A stretch of 64,000 nt of DNA, from the NCBI RefSeq assembly GCF_018350175.1, contig NC_058368.1, positions 193,070,001-193,134,000 of the forward strand, written 5' to 3'. The first letter of the stretch is position 1; every line of letters starts with the position of its first letter. A program made the translations under genes and the position numbers. The notes beneath the pieces were generated by a model. The model was not told where the DNA came from. It did not search any database and saw nothing but the letters and a program-made list of their open reading frames with translations. The stretch is from Felis catus. Lineage: Eukaryota. This document shows positions 1-11,795 of this stretch, piece after piece.

Positions 1-159
1 TGGGCACGTTATCTAATGCCCACCAGGAGTTGGCACGGAAAGGATAGTGTGCTGACAAGTCATGTTTGCCACAGCAAGAACAGAGATCGCCATGAAGTCA
101 GAGCATCTGTATCAATTAGTGATCAAAAAAGGAGAGAGGAGTATACGGATGGTCATGGC

Positions 160-1026
160 AGCCTGATTTTGTCACAGCCCCAAACTGGGAACTGTGCAGA
201 TCTCCTTCAGTGGGTGGATGCTTAAATGGTGGTACGTCCATACCACAGATAACTACTCAATAATTAAAAGGAATAAACTATTGATGCATGCAAGAACTTG
301 GGTGAATCTTGAGGGAATTATGCTGAGTAAAAATAATCCCCAAAGGTTACATTCTGTATGTTCCATGTATATAACATTGAAATAAATTTGTAGAAATGGA
401 GACCCAATTAATAATTGCTGTGAAGTTAGGAATGGAGATGAGGGAGGAGATAGGTAGGTGTGGCTTTAAAAGGGCAACAGAATCATATGGCTTCACTCAT
501 ATGAGGACTTTAAGAGACAAAACAGATGAACATAAGGGAAGGGAAACAAAAATAATATAAAAACAGGGAGGGGGACAAAACAGACTCAAATATGGAGAAC
601 AAACTGAGGGTTACTGGAGGGGTGGTGGGAGGGGGGATGGGCTAAATGGGTAAGGGGCACTAAGGAATCTACTCCGGAAATCATTGTTGCACTATATGCT
701 AATTTGGATATAAAATTAAAAATAAAAATAAAAGGGTAACAGAAGGGATCCTTGTGGTGATGGAGTACCTTGACTGTGGTGGACACAGACCTACTTGTGA
801 TGAAGTATACAGAATTAAGCACACACGAATACAAGGAAAACAGGAGTCTGAGTGAGATAGGTGGATTGTATCATTGTCAATATTTTGGTTGTAAAATTTA
901 GTTTTGCAAGATGTTACCATTGGGGGAAATTGGGTGGATGATCCACAGGATCTGTCATAATTGCATATACATCTACAATGATCTCAGTAGCTATTTCAAT
1001 TAAAAAAAAAAAAAAAAAAAAAAAAA
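160..1026 (+). mobile_element. Old L1 (L1MC-like) 3' end with poly(A) tail, interrupted by a younger L1 fragment
   Basis: L1MC-type 3' UTR text (GGTGTGGCTTTAAAAGGGCAACAG..GGGATCCTTGTGGTGATGG..GTTTTGCAAGATGTTACCATTGGGGGAAA) ending in an A run at 1002-1026. Subfamily from recall; 5' boundary approximate. Confidence 0.8.
483..728 (+). mobile_element. 5'-truncated felid L1 3' end nested in the L1MC
   Basis: Carnivore L1 3' UTR (GAACAAACTGAGGGTTACTGGAGGG..GGGCTAAATGGGTAAGGGGCACTAAGGAATCTACTCC) with A-rich tail. TSD TAAAAGGGCAACAGAA (467-482) / TAAAAGGGTAACAGAA (729-744). Confidence 0.9.
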
Positions 1027-3236
1027 GGAGGGAGAGGGCTTTGGGTCCAGGGAGCTGAAGAGTGAAAAAAGTCTGGATTTAACAAAGCTCTAGGGCACCT
1101 CTCTCTCACGTGAACATCCGTATCACAGGCACTCCACTCAAAGCAGGGATGCTGGCAGATGGGGTTCTGTCAGGCTCCTCTCAATAGGCAGGCACTTTGG
1201 TAGCAGGTGTCAGCATGTATTGAAGTCCAAAGTGGGAGAGAGAACTAAGATCCAACATGAGAGAAAATAGACAATAGCAACAATCACAAATAAATGCTGC
1301 TGAGTTTTTCTTCTGCGTTTTGTAATTCTTCGGGATCAGAGGAGACCTTTGGGGTGGTTCTTGGTTTTCATACGATCAGGGTTTGCATGGCTTAAAACGG
1401 GGGCTGCTCAAATGGAATTGGGATGGGGGAACATTGCCACCTAGTGTTGGTGGGCCCCTCAATCGTCAGTGGCCATTTAAAATCCACTTCGTTTGTGATC
1501 CTTCCTCTGCTTTCCCCTGCAAAGGCAGAACAGCAAAGCATTTTAAGAGCCAGGGCGAGGCTCTGGAGTCAGCCAACCTCTGTTCAAATCCCCTCACCGC
1601 CTCTTCCTGGATGGTGGAAGTGACCTGCAGAGCTGGCCAACCTCTCTGCACCTCGCTTTCACGATGTGTAAAACGGGGCTGGCACCTGCCTCACGGAGTT
1701 GGGTCAGGTAATGTCCTCATGTGGTTGGCACAGAGCCTGGCCACAGCTATCACTCCATACACGTCAGTTCTGAGGATTATGACTCTAAGATGTCAGAGGA
1801 TATTATGAGACTCCAAAAGCTTCCTGACACTCTGCAAGCCAGATTTGTTTCTGTCTTCATGGCGAGACTCTGGGGCCTCTCATAGGCTGAGAGCAGAAAA
1901 ACTGGGCTTTTTGCCTTAGTCCTTTGGCGTCTCTTTTTGAGTCTCTGTTTCCTCACCCACAAAATGGGAGTAAGTAATTACATCCGCCTCTGTTTGCCTC
2001 ATGGCATCTTCTACATGTGTTAGGATAATGTATATGATTGCACTTTAAGGAGAATAGGCACCATAAGGCCTAGAATGTTGAAAGATATTCTGGAGTAAAA
2101 ACTTACTACTCTGAGACTGTGTAATGTAAATAGTGTCTATCTCGCAGAGTGAGGATTGATGTGGAACACAGTCTGGCATCTCCTCCCTCTCTAACCGCCT
2201 CCCCTTCCCCCCCAGGGCTGTCCTCACCATGGTCACGTGTCCTAGCTACAGAATCCTAAGTTTCTGGTCTGGGAGTGTGAAACCCAACAGCAGGAAAGGA
2301 ATGTAGTCGAGGGGGGAGATAAACCCCATGACCAGCTTCATTCTAGCCCCTCCCCCCAGCCAGTTTGAACCTGTCAGATTCTGCTTGTTTCCTTCATCCT
2401 GGAGTCAAAGCTATGGGCTGGGTTTAATTTCCCCTCCGCACCCGCATCCCCTTTGTGACTAATGAGCTCTGCTTAGAGAGTTACTTTCGAGAATGGCAGG
2501 AAGGGGTCTGGGATCCTGAACAGCTTGGAGGCCTGGTGATATTCCTCTGCGTAGTTGGTTTCTCTTGGGGCTCTTTCTAGCTACTCCCCCACAGAAGGCA
2601 TGATTGCTCACATTTCCAGTGCCCAGTGCCCATAATACGTCAGCTCTTGCATAGACAAGTCAACAGTACAGTAAAAGGAGACAACCGCTGGCCTGTCCTC
2701 TCCAATCAATACAGGTAAAGTCTGATGCTGTCTGCGGATAACTAAGATGGGGCATTTGAGGTCTGAGGGAGTCAAGAGGAGTGTCCAATCAGCTGGTAGG
2801 TGGCTCTAATCAAATGTTCTCCCTGTGGGTCTTTTCTGGGGCCGCTCAGGTTCTCGAGAGAGTGGCACCCCTCTTCCCAGTGGATCAGGTAGTCACCTCT
2901 CAGCTGACAGAGAAGATATTTCCTAATCCTCTCTAAGGCCTTCTCCATGCAGGGGAGAGGCTGACCCTGGTGTGAGTCGTAATGGCCCTGATCGTGATTG
3001 GAGGGCGTCTGGAGCTACTACTCTGGAGGGAATACCCTGACTGTGCACTCACCTGACTTCCTGTAGCACAGTGTTGAGACCACAGACTTGGGGGGTCAAA
3101 TTGATCCGAGTTCAGTTTCTGCCGAAGCCACTTCCAGCTGTGTCACCTTGGGCATCGTACCTTTTAAGCCCAACTTCCCTGCCTGTAAAAAGGGTTAAAA
3201 TAAGCACATTCCTTGTTGGGATGTTTTGAGTTTACT

Positions 3237-3641
3237 CAGGATGGGCTATTCGATTTGCAAAATGAAAACGCAGGGTTCCTTCTTCAAAAAGCAAGAATAA
3301 AGCTTATCTGCTTCCCCCACAGTCCCTCTCTTGGCCTGTTGCAGTGTTCTTTATTTGCTATTGAATGTTGTGCTTCCTCAGGCACAGGGGTACTTTCCGG
3401 GTAAGTGCAGATCCTTACAGGTGCCCAGGGTCCCACCCCGAGGGTGAGTGTAAGCCAAGGCTCCAAGCCCCCAACACATATTTCACTGTCCTATCAGACT
3501 TTACTTACTAAAGCTAAATTCAAGGGAAAATCATTGGGCATTTCAAGATGGTGACCACAGAGCTTTAAACCCCCAAATGTAGGCCCTTCTGAGTGTGGGC
3601 CTTATGTGACTGTATTGGTGGCAGGTCCTGAATCTGGCCCC
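3237..3641. mobile_element. MER45-like hAT DNA transposon relic
   Basis: The end (CATTTCAAGATGGTGACCACAGAGC..GGCCCTTCTGAGTGTGGGCCTTATGTGACTG..GAATCTGGCCCCG) matches the MER45 terminus as I recall it. Confidence 0.65.
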
Positions 3642-4059
3642 GAACCTGCTTGTGAGCATTTAGCACAGCCTCTAGCCCATAGGAAGGACTCAGCACACGG
3701 TCAGTAGAAAAAGCCCTAGCTTTGCTCACCGGTCACCTCAGGAACCCCACAGCTCAAGCCTTCACTTGAGCTTTGCATCTGCAACCTGGCTAACGGGAGA
3801 GTCAGGGAAGGTGTTAGGATCCCCTTCGTAGCAAGGGGGAAACCGAGGCCCAGAAAAGAGATAGGACTTGGCTATGTTCACCCTCTAATTGGTTTCAGAG
3901 TCAGACGCGAGTGATAATTTCTAGCCTCTCAACCAGTGCTGAGCATCTCAAGTTCAGTGTCCATGCTGGGCTTCCTTACGTTACCTGGTGTACACAGCTC
4001 CTGCCCATGCAACCCCTGCCCCAGGCCCCAGCACAGCTTCCTGAACCTGCTCAATACCA

Positions 4060-4580
4060 ATCTCCTCCAGAAAGCCTTCCCTGCCAAAGACCTCCCCATA
4101 GGACTTTTTCTTTCATGTGCACACTCGTCCAAAATTCAAGCACATGGATTATAGTTTTATTTTCTGTGCTTTTAATGTTACCAAACATGATGAGCATATT
4201 TCTGGCTTATGAAATATTTTTCAACCTTATTTATAATAGCTCCATAATATTTCATTTTAGGGAAGTGCCATAATTTATGGGACCAATCCACTATTATTGG
4301 ACACTCAGGGTATGTCTAATTATTTGTCAGTTTCTGAAAGGTGATGTGTCTAGTTCTAAACAGGACAATCATCGTACCTGGATCATGGGTCATTGTGACG
4401 ATTAAATAAATACGGGAATAGCATTTAAGAAATGAAACAAATCAGTACTATATATGTGTCACTAATGTTCTATTATTTGGATAATGCTACAGTTGTTACC
4501 ATTTTATGCACATCTTTGAACTTGTAAGTGATAATTTCCTAGAAGTTGCATCACTGAGTCTGAAGGGAGAGCATTTCAGG
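4060..4580 (-). mobile_element. Ancient L1 (L1ME-like) fragment
   Basis: AT-rich degenerate antisense L1 3' text (CCACTATTATTGGACACTCAGGG, AATTTCCTAGAAGTTGCATCACTGAGTC). Boundaries approximate. Confidence 0.55.
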
Positions 4581-5121
4581 GCTGGCATGGAAGGTGTCCA
4601 CAATTTATGGGGGGTGTCCCCTGCAGCTGGCAGGGAGAACAAGGGGATGGAGGGACGGTGGCATTGAGCCCCCAGCTTTGGCTGGAAACATTTTTCATGA
4701 ACTGACTGTGGTGCCTGAGGACATGTAGACAAACAGTCCACTTCAGAGCTGAAAACAGAAAGGTCCACAAAACCGTAGGGAGGGACCCAGAAAAGCTCTG
4801 CCAGCCCGGCAGAGAAAGAGAAATCTGCCCTCCAGCTCCAGAACATTAAGTGAATATTTTCCTGTGTTCTCTTCCTTGGTTCCTGCGATGACTAAGGAAT
4901 TTGGGCCTTGGGTGCAAGGGAGTTGAGATGAAATTGGATGGGATAACTGGGTCTTAAATCACCAGGCATCTGTGATAACAGGCTGTCACTTCAGGTCAGC
5001 ACTGGGCAGCGGAGCAAGGGAGGATTAACAGCTGTCTTTGTGGTCTGCCCGCCCCCAGATATCTCCTGTCAACTGTCTTCCATCATGGGTTTCTGACTTT
5101 GTAACTTAAGAGTAATTGTCA

Positions 5122-5352
5122 GGGTCCCAGGGTAGCTCAGCCGGTTAAGCGTCTGACTCATGATTTCAGCTTAGGTCATGATCTCATGGTTCGTGGGATT
5201 GAGCCCTGCATCGGTCTTTGTGCTGACAGCACAGACCCTGCTTGGGATTCTCTCTCTTCCTCTCTCTCTGTCCCTCCCTCACTGGTGTGTGCGCATGCTC
5301 TCTCTCTCTCTCTCTCTCTCAAAATAAATTAATACATTAAAAAAAATAAAAA
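5122..5352 (+). mobile_element. CanSINE (older subfamily)
   Basis: tRNA-like head GGGTCCCAGGGTAGCTCAGCCGGTTAAGCGTCTGACT, (CT)n tract, AATAAA and A tail. Confidence 0.92.
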
Positions 5353-5499
5353 GGTAGATTCCTAAACCCACAGAGTTTAATTCTGTGGGTGTCTTGAGTG
5401 GAATCTGCCTCTTTAAGAATCCTCTCCCTTCCCACCCCAGATCATTCATGCTTATTCAGGGAAGCTACACTTGGAGGAACTCTGTTCTATAATATCCCT

Positions 5500-5660
5500 A
5501 GCAAGTTGGTTGCCTCTAGTGTTGAGGAGCTCACCACCTGAGGAGATAGCCGGTTCCATTTTAGAACAGCTCTAACTGTAAGAAAGTTCTGCTCTGTGGA
5601 TCTGGAATCTGCCTCTGTATAAATTCCAGCCACTGGATTACCCACCAGGGCTATGAAGAG
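5500..5660 (-). mobile_element. L3/CR1 LINE relic
   Basis: GAGCTCACCACC..CCATTTTAGAACAGCTCTAACTGTAAGAAAGTTC..AATCTGCCTCTG is typical antisense L3 text (from recall). Confidence 0.6.
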
Positions 5661-8600
5661 GAAGTCCGATTCCTCCAGCCTTCGATGGGCAGTTGGACTT
5701 GATAATTCTGTGACCATCGGAGTCTGTGAGTCAAGGTTGCGTTGGCTGGGAACACCTATGTCTCTGAGTTGGCTGGGCTTTGGGAAACTCCTGTCTCCTT
5801 CTTGGTGGGGTGGATGCCCCCTTACATTGAAATGGTTTTCAAACCAGAAGGCAGACTTTCTGGGGAGCAGGAAGGGCATCGTTGGACCAGTCAAGGGGTT
5901 GTGACAATGAGTTCTTGTGGTCATGGAGTGGGGGGTGGGGGGGCGGAGCAGAAGCCTGGCCGGACATCGTGCTTGGAGACCTGGCTCCCATCAGCTCTGC
6001 CTCTAGCCCCCCGGCAGAATCTGCGCAAGTCCTTGTCTCCCCCGTTCCTGGCGGGGGGCACAGTTTTTGCATCTGCACAGCCACCCTTTCCAGGAGTCAC
6101 ATCCTGGGGTCCCATTTTCAAAGCCTGGCTTGCTCTGATCTGGACTCCTCTTTGCTACTCTGTCAAGTTTTCTGGCGGGGGCAGCAGGAGGGGGGTGGTC
6201 AGTGTTCTGAGGAGAGAATCACGAGACCAAGGCTGAGAAGGGGCACATCTGGCTCATCCAGCAGCATGGCTGTCATTGGCGCAGGGCAGGAATGGAGTCG
6301 GGAAGCTTGGAGGCATGGGCCATAGTGGCTGTTGTCCCTGCTCTGCTATAGGTGTCTGGGGCCATGGGTCCCTGGGGCCTGTGCTGTGGGCCTTGCTGAG
6401 GGAAACAAGGAAGGTCTGTGGATTGTCAAAGGGTCCCTCCTCTGCACCCATCCCGGGTCTCCTCCTTCTTTAGTCAGGAGACACCTGAGGTTTGAGGCAA
6501 AGAGAAGGCTATGCGTGCGAGCACTGACTCTCTGTGGGTTCTTGGGACATTCCTCTCACTTCCCTGGGCTTCTGTTTCCTCATCTGTCCCGATGGGCTAA
6601 CAGCGCCGACCTCCCAGGGCTGATGTGTGCCTCATAGAGGACAGCGGCCCTACCTAAACACGCTCTGTAAACTGTAACATGCCAGGAAGAGGCGAGCTGC
6701 TGTTACTTGTTTGTTCTCAGGTTGGTGTGACAGAAGCCAGAAATCTCATCAAGATGGTTTCTGTCCTAAAGTGTGAGTTCCTGGGCTTCTGCGGACATGG
6801 GCTTCTCCCTCTGTATCCGGGCACCTCGTTGAGGAGGCCATGACCGGGGGTGTGATGGGAAAAGGGGCCAGCTCAGCAGGAAACTCCCCCCAGAGTTGCC
6901 AGAGAGGTCTGATCAGTATTTACAGAGAAAGAAAATATCTCACAGGAAACCTGCAGGAACCGACCGACGATACTGGGGCGAGAGGCCACGCCAGCTGTGG
7001 GCAGAGATGGCCACTGGGGAGCTTACACATGGGGGTAGTAGAAGCTGGAAAACACGTGCTCTTTCATGCCATATGCACATACCTCCCACGTGGCCACTCA
7101 TCATTACCCACACCAGGTGTCACGCATCACTTCCCACAGCCCACACGAGCCCCAAAGGCTGACCCCAGCCTATGTCGTGCTTAGTAGAGGCTCCAGGTCT
7201 TTCCTGGAGGGCCACCATCCAATGTTGATGGGGGAAGCTAGGATATTTCCTTCATTGATAGTCATGCCCTACTTGCTTGGGGAAGGACTCTGAACCAGAA
7301 TGATGCAATCCCAGATTCTACTGCCCTCGTGGCACTGACTTTCTGATATATTTTTAGAGGTGCCCTTTCCTTCTCTGGACCTCAGCCTCCTCTGTAAAAT
7401 GGGTCCATAATCTCTTCCCTACCAGTTCTGAAAATGGCAGTAGGGTCCAAGTGGAAGAATGGATGTGAACGTGATTTCCATAATGCCTGGGGAGCTTGCG
7501 AAAGCTGGAAAAGCTTTGCCATGTCCTCTTTGCTGGCCTTTGCTGTACCAGGTTGTATTTGTTCCCCAGCACACCCCATGGCTCATCTTGTTTGGTGCCC
7601 TATGCATATTCCACACCTAGCTGAGGGGCTGGAGGAGGGGGAGGTCCTCTGAGGGCAGTGAGAGCTCTAGACAATGTGGAGCCCCACAGTGACATCGTGT
7701 CTCTCTGGCAGGAGGGCGAAGGCAGTGAGTGTGACAGCAACAGTGATGAGGACCATACAAATGCCTGTCAGAGGCACCAACCAGACTATGGTCTTGGACT
7801 CAAGCACCGAAAGCACCAGGGGAACTGAGTCCTGAAGGGGAAGGGGCTTGTCAGAGGTCACACTGAGAATCAAAGCAGAACAGGGTTGGTCTTCAGGGCT
7901 GCTGAATCCCAGGGCAGAAATGAACTCTGGGGAGGCTCTGACTGAGGGCTGATGTCATCTCAGGGTGGCAGAGGCAGTGCCCAACATCAGGCAGGTGTCA
8001 GAGCAGGGCCAGACCTCAGCCAGGGTCTTTTGACTCCTAGTACAGTGCTCCCCCCTACTGACCTAAGCAGCCTGAGTTCCTGGCCTTGAGCCCCAGGCAA
8101 TATGGAGACAAGGAAAGAAAGTGACTCCTCTGTCTCCAGAAGGAACTTTCAGGTCCTTCTGTGAAGCAGAAGCCAGAGAATCCTCTATGGGAAGGCGGGG
8201 ATTAACGCAGGCTGTGAGGAGACAGGAAGTTCTCTGGCTGGGTCCTGAAAAATGTGCAAGAGAGGGTCAGAGGCATGGAGGGATGAGAGTGCCTCCCCGG
8301 GAGTGGAGAGGGATATGGAAAGAGGGACTAGCAATTGAATTCTAGAGAAATTCAAGGTGTGAAGAAGCAGGGTCTGAGGTCAGGGCTTGAGACCCCTATG
8401 ACCAGCCTGGGAGCTGCCCCGTGCTCTGGCCACACAGCCCCTGCCACCTCCCTTCTGTCTTGTCTCCTTGGCGAGATCTGACTTCTGTCACACAGAACCA
8501 GGAGGTGATCACCGTGAAAATGAAGAAACGCTTTAATCAACTGCAGAAACTGGCTGACAAGGGAGCCAGGAGCTGGAGCCCAGGACAGACGGGAGGGAGG

Positions 8601-9245
8601 GCGGTGAGAGGAGCCTCGGTGAAGGCGGAATGTCACAAAATGGAACTGCCCACTTACACTGGTAGAGCCTTTCGTGTTCGTCTTTGTCATCTCATTTAGG
8701 TCATTTTTGACATAAGCGTCCTCAACAATAAGACCCTCGTATTTCCTGAGCATCTGCCATACCAAGTCACGGTGCTCATTTATTTAATGCAACCCTGCAA
8801 ACAACCCAATAGGTCTGTAGCATCATCACTGCAAATTACCGACGAGGACCCAGGTCTAGAGAGTTTATGAATCTTGCAGAGAGTAAACATACGGGTGGGG
8901 TAAGTAGGGTGGGGATCTTGGACCGCGTGGCCCGTGCACACGCGGAACACATGAAAGCCCCGCCCTCACCCACTTAAAGGCTCACTGAATCTCCCTCGGG
9001 GTGCTCCTCAGCCCCATCAACCTAACCAGGTGAGCTGTAACTGGATCAGGGCTTCCTGGAGCGAACTCGGCTTGAGCGGAGTCCTGAGGCATAAGCAGGG
9101 AGGAGAGTGGAATAGAAGGGGGCTTGCTGGCCCCAGGGGCAGGAGATGGGGTTTGGTTTCCAGCCTGAACACGGAGCACATCTCTTACCACCTCTGGGGT
9201 TTAGTTTCTGCCCCTCTAGCCCCGGAAACAAAAACTCACAAAGTA

Positions 9246-9258
9246 AGTTTCAGTTTCC
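9246..9258 (+). promoter_or_regulatory. Candidate interferon-stimulated response element (ISRE)
   Basis: AGTTTCAGTTTCC, an exact match to the consensus AGTTTCNNTTTCC; GAS-type TTCTGGGAA at 9350-9358. Motif evidence only. Confidence 0.45.
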
Positions 9259-10749
9259 AGGGTATTTGGCTCCATCTTCTGGTCAGTTCTTATCACTGCA
9301 GCTTTTTGCAGTGTTACTCTCCACCGTGGACCGCAGGTAATTTTGAGGCTTCTGGGAAACTTCTGGTCGCTGTGGGAGTTGGGGGGGGGGGGGGTGGTGG
9401 TGGGGCACAGCCAGAGCTGACTAAAAATCCATGTGGTCTCTGAGCTGCATTGGCTCTCTGCTGCTAGTAGATCAGTGGAGACTCAAGGAAGAGCCCGTGA
9501 GGGGGAAGCCCCAAATGCCAGACTAGGATGGGACATTAGAGACCATAGAGTCTAACCCCACCAAAGTACAGAAGGGGAGACTAAGGTCTGGGGAGAAGCA
9601 GGGACCCACTCCAGGCCACACGCATAGGCTCCAGATCTTCCAAATTCCCTGGCCTCTCCTCTGCCCCTCTGCCCAGTTGCCTCCCCTTTCTCCAAGGTGT
9701 CCATCCTAGTGGGTCACTTCTCCCCTTGCCTCTGAGACAGAACCATCTGCTTAATAAGTGCACTGCTCTGTCCACCTGCTGCCATAACAGCCCACCCTTT
9801 CCTGGTCCTAGCTCCAGCCCTGATGCAGTGGGGTGGTCCCTACACCTCTCAAAGCCAGGACTTTCCTGAAGGAACGGGGACTTGGAAGGAAGAAGGAGGT
9901 AGAGACATGTACTGTCCTCCAGCCCTGCCTCTCTCCCAGGCCAGCCTTCTGAACCTCAGTTTCTCCATTTGATACACAACAAATCAGCCCTACAAGGTGG
10001 CTGAGAAGATTAAATGGACAGGTTGTGTGAAGGTGGATTGTGAATTCTTGAACCCTCTATTAACGTAGCAAATTTCCAGATGTGTCTGGGTCCCCCTCAA
10101 ACCGCCTAGGTTCCCACATGTTGCCTGGCACCCAGTGAGTCCACAGGCTGAGGGAGATGCATGGAGAGCTAGAGAAATTTGAAAGTTGTTGATGCAAAAG
10201 CAGGACTTGATCTTCCAGCGCTGATTGGGGAGGACCCTAGGTGGCCGTTCTTCTCATCCTCTGGCTTTGGAATCTGGGGTCTCTTGGCAGAGTCTAGAGG
10301 TGAACTCCCTCCTCCTGCCCAGATCCCACTCATTTCTGGAAGATGAGTGAGCTCAAGTCCAAGAGAATATCTTGGAGGCACTCCTACTGACCCAGAATCC
10401 AGCCTTTAAAAGCCCAGGAGGTGTAATGGGGGAGGCAGAGGAGCATCAGTTTGCCCTGTGTCTTCTCTTCCCTTGTTTGGACATCAGATCCATGGCCTCT
10501 AGTGTACATGAATAAGGCCCAGAGAAGCAGCCTGAAGAGGCTGTAACCCTTCCCTGCTTGGGTCTTGGGCTCCCAGGGCAGTCTTGATTCTGTTTGAACT
10601 TCTGAGTGTTGGAGAAACAGGAGGTGAGAGGGGTGGTTGGGATCATCCATAACAGCTTGGCCTTTCTTGTATGGTCCCAAAGCTGCGGGGTCACCGCCTT
10701 TCCTGGGAAGCCCTGTTCCTCCTGAGGCAGCTCTTTGAAGAATTGCCCT

Positions 10750-10895
10750 CAGTGTCTTCAGAAGGTGGTGTTGAGACTGCTTGCATCAGAGTCACCCGGG
10801 GTGAGTTGTTGAATCAGACCATGTGGGATGGGCCTGGGAATCTGAATCTACAACAGCGTCTGCAAGTGAGGCTGACGCTCAGAAACCATTGGTCC
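10750..10895. mobile_element. MER5-like hAT-Charlie relic
   Basis: TGCATCAGAGTCACCCGGGG..GGGATGGGCCTGGGAATCTGAATCT..AGAAACCATTG pattern. Confidence 0.55.
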
Positions 10896-11499
10896 ACTTC
10901 TGTTGCACTGGGATCGACACCCCTCCCCCCCACCCCCTGCCCTGGGGACAGTTCCACCAACTGTTTCTGAAAGGATGTGTTTTTCTCTTTTCTCAGTATT
11001 CTGCTCCTTCGCCACTTCTTAGGTTCTCTCTGGTCTCCATGCCTGTTTTGTAAACAGAACATCATAGAATTTTTGGGCTACAAGTGTTCGTAACAGAATA
11101 CCTTCTCCAATTCCTCATTTTATAGAATGGGGTGTTTGAGACCCAGAGAGGGGAGTGTCTGGCTGCAGGCCACACTGCTGTTCCACGAGAGCTAGGAGAA
11201 GGTACAGTGCCATGACTCCTACTGAGTACTCTTCCCATGGTGCAGTTCTGTTCTGCTCTAAAAGCTGCACTGTAGGGTGAATGCCCATCCCAGGCCCCTT
11301 CTTAGATGAAATCACCATACTGTCATCACATGGCTCTCCCTGGCCAAACTGATGGGACCAGGAGTAGTCATCTGACCTCATTCTTTCTCTCAAAAGAACA
11401 TTGTTGCTGAGGTCCACTGATGCTATTAAGCACTGGGGCTAAGAGGTCAAATAGATTCCGGAGTTGGGAGGGCAATTTGTGTACCATGCATGCTGAGAA

Positions 11500-11704
11500 G
11501 CCAGCAGAGAGGGATGACCGACAGAGAGAGATGTGGGAGATTGCGCAATGAGAGAGACGCTCAAAGAGGGAGATTGGAATAAAGGACATAGAGAGACAGA
11601 TACACCCAGAGGTAACATATACACATACATACACAGAGATGTGATAGACAGAGGGATAGAAATGCAGGAGACGCATAGACACAGAGGGAGAGTGGGATAG
11701 AAAT

Positions 11705-11742
<38 letters not shown>

Positions 11743-11795
11743 TTTAAAGATACAGAGATACAGAGATAATGAAAGAGAAAAAGGGAGACAGAGAT
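11500..11795. repeat. GA-rich low-complexity tract with a perfect (GA)n core at about 11707-11739
   Basis: Directly visible. Confidence 0.85.

Noticed and set aside
7667..7873. Minus-strand ORF with a hydrophobic TM-like stretch and a good-looking acceptor
   Set aside because: The acceptor lies inside a MIR relic, the peptide is unrecognised, and the hydrophobicity mirrors purine-rich plus-strand sequence.
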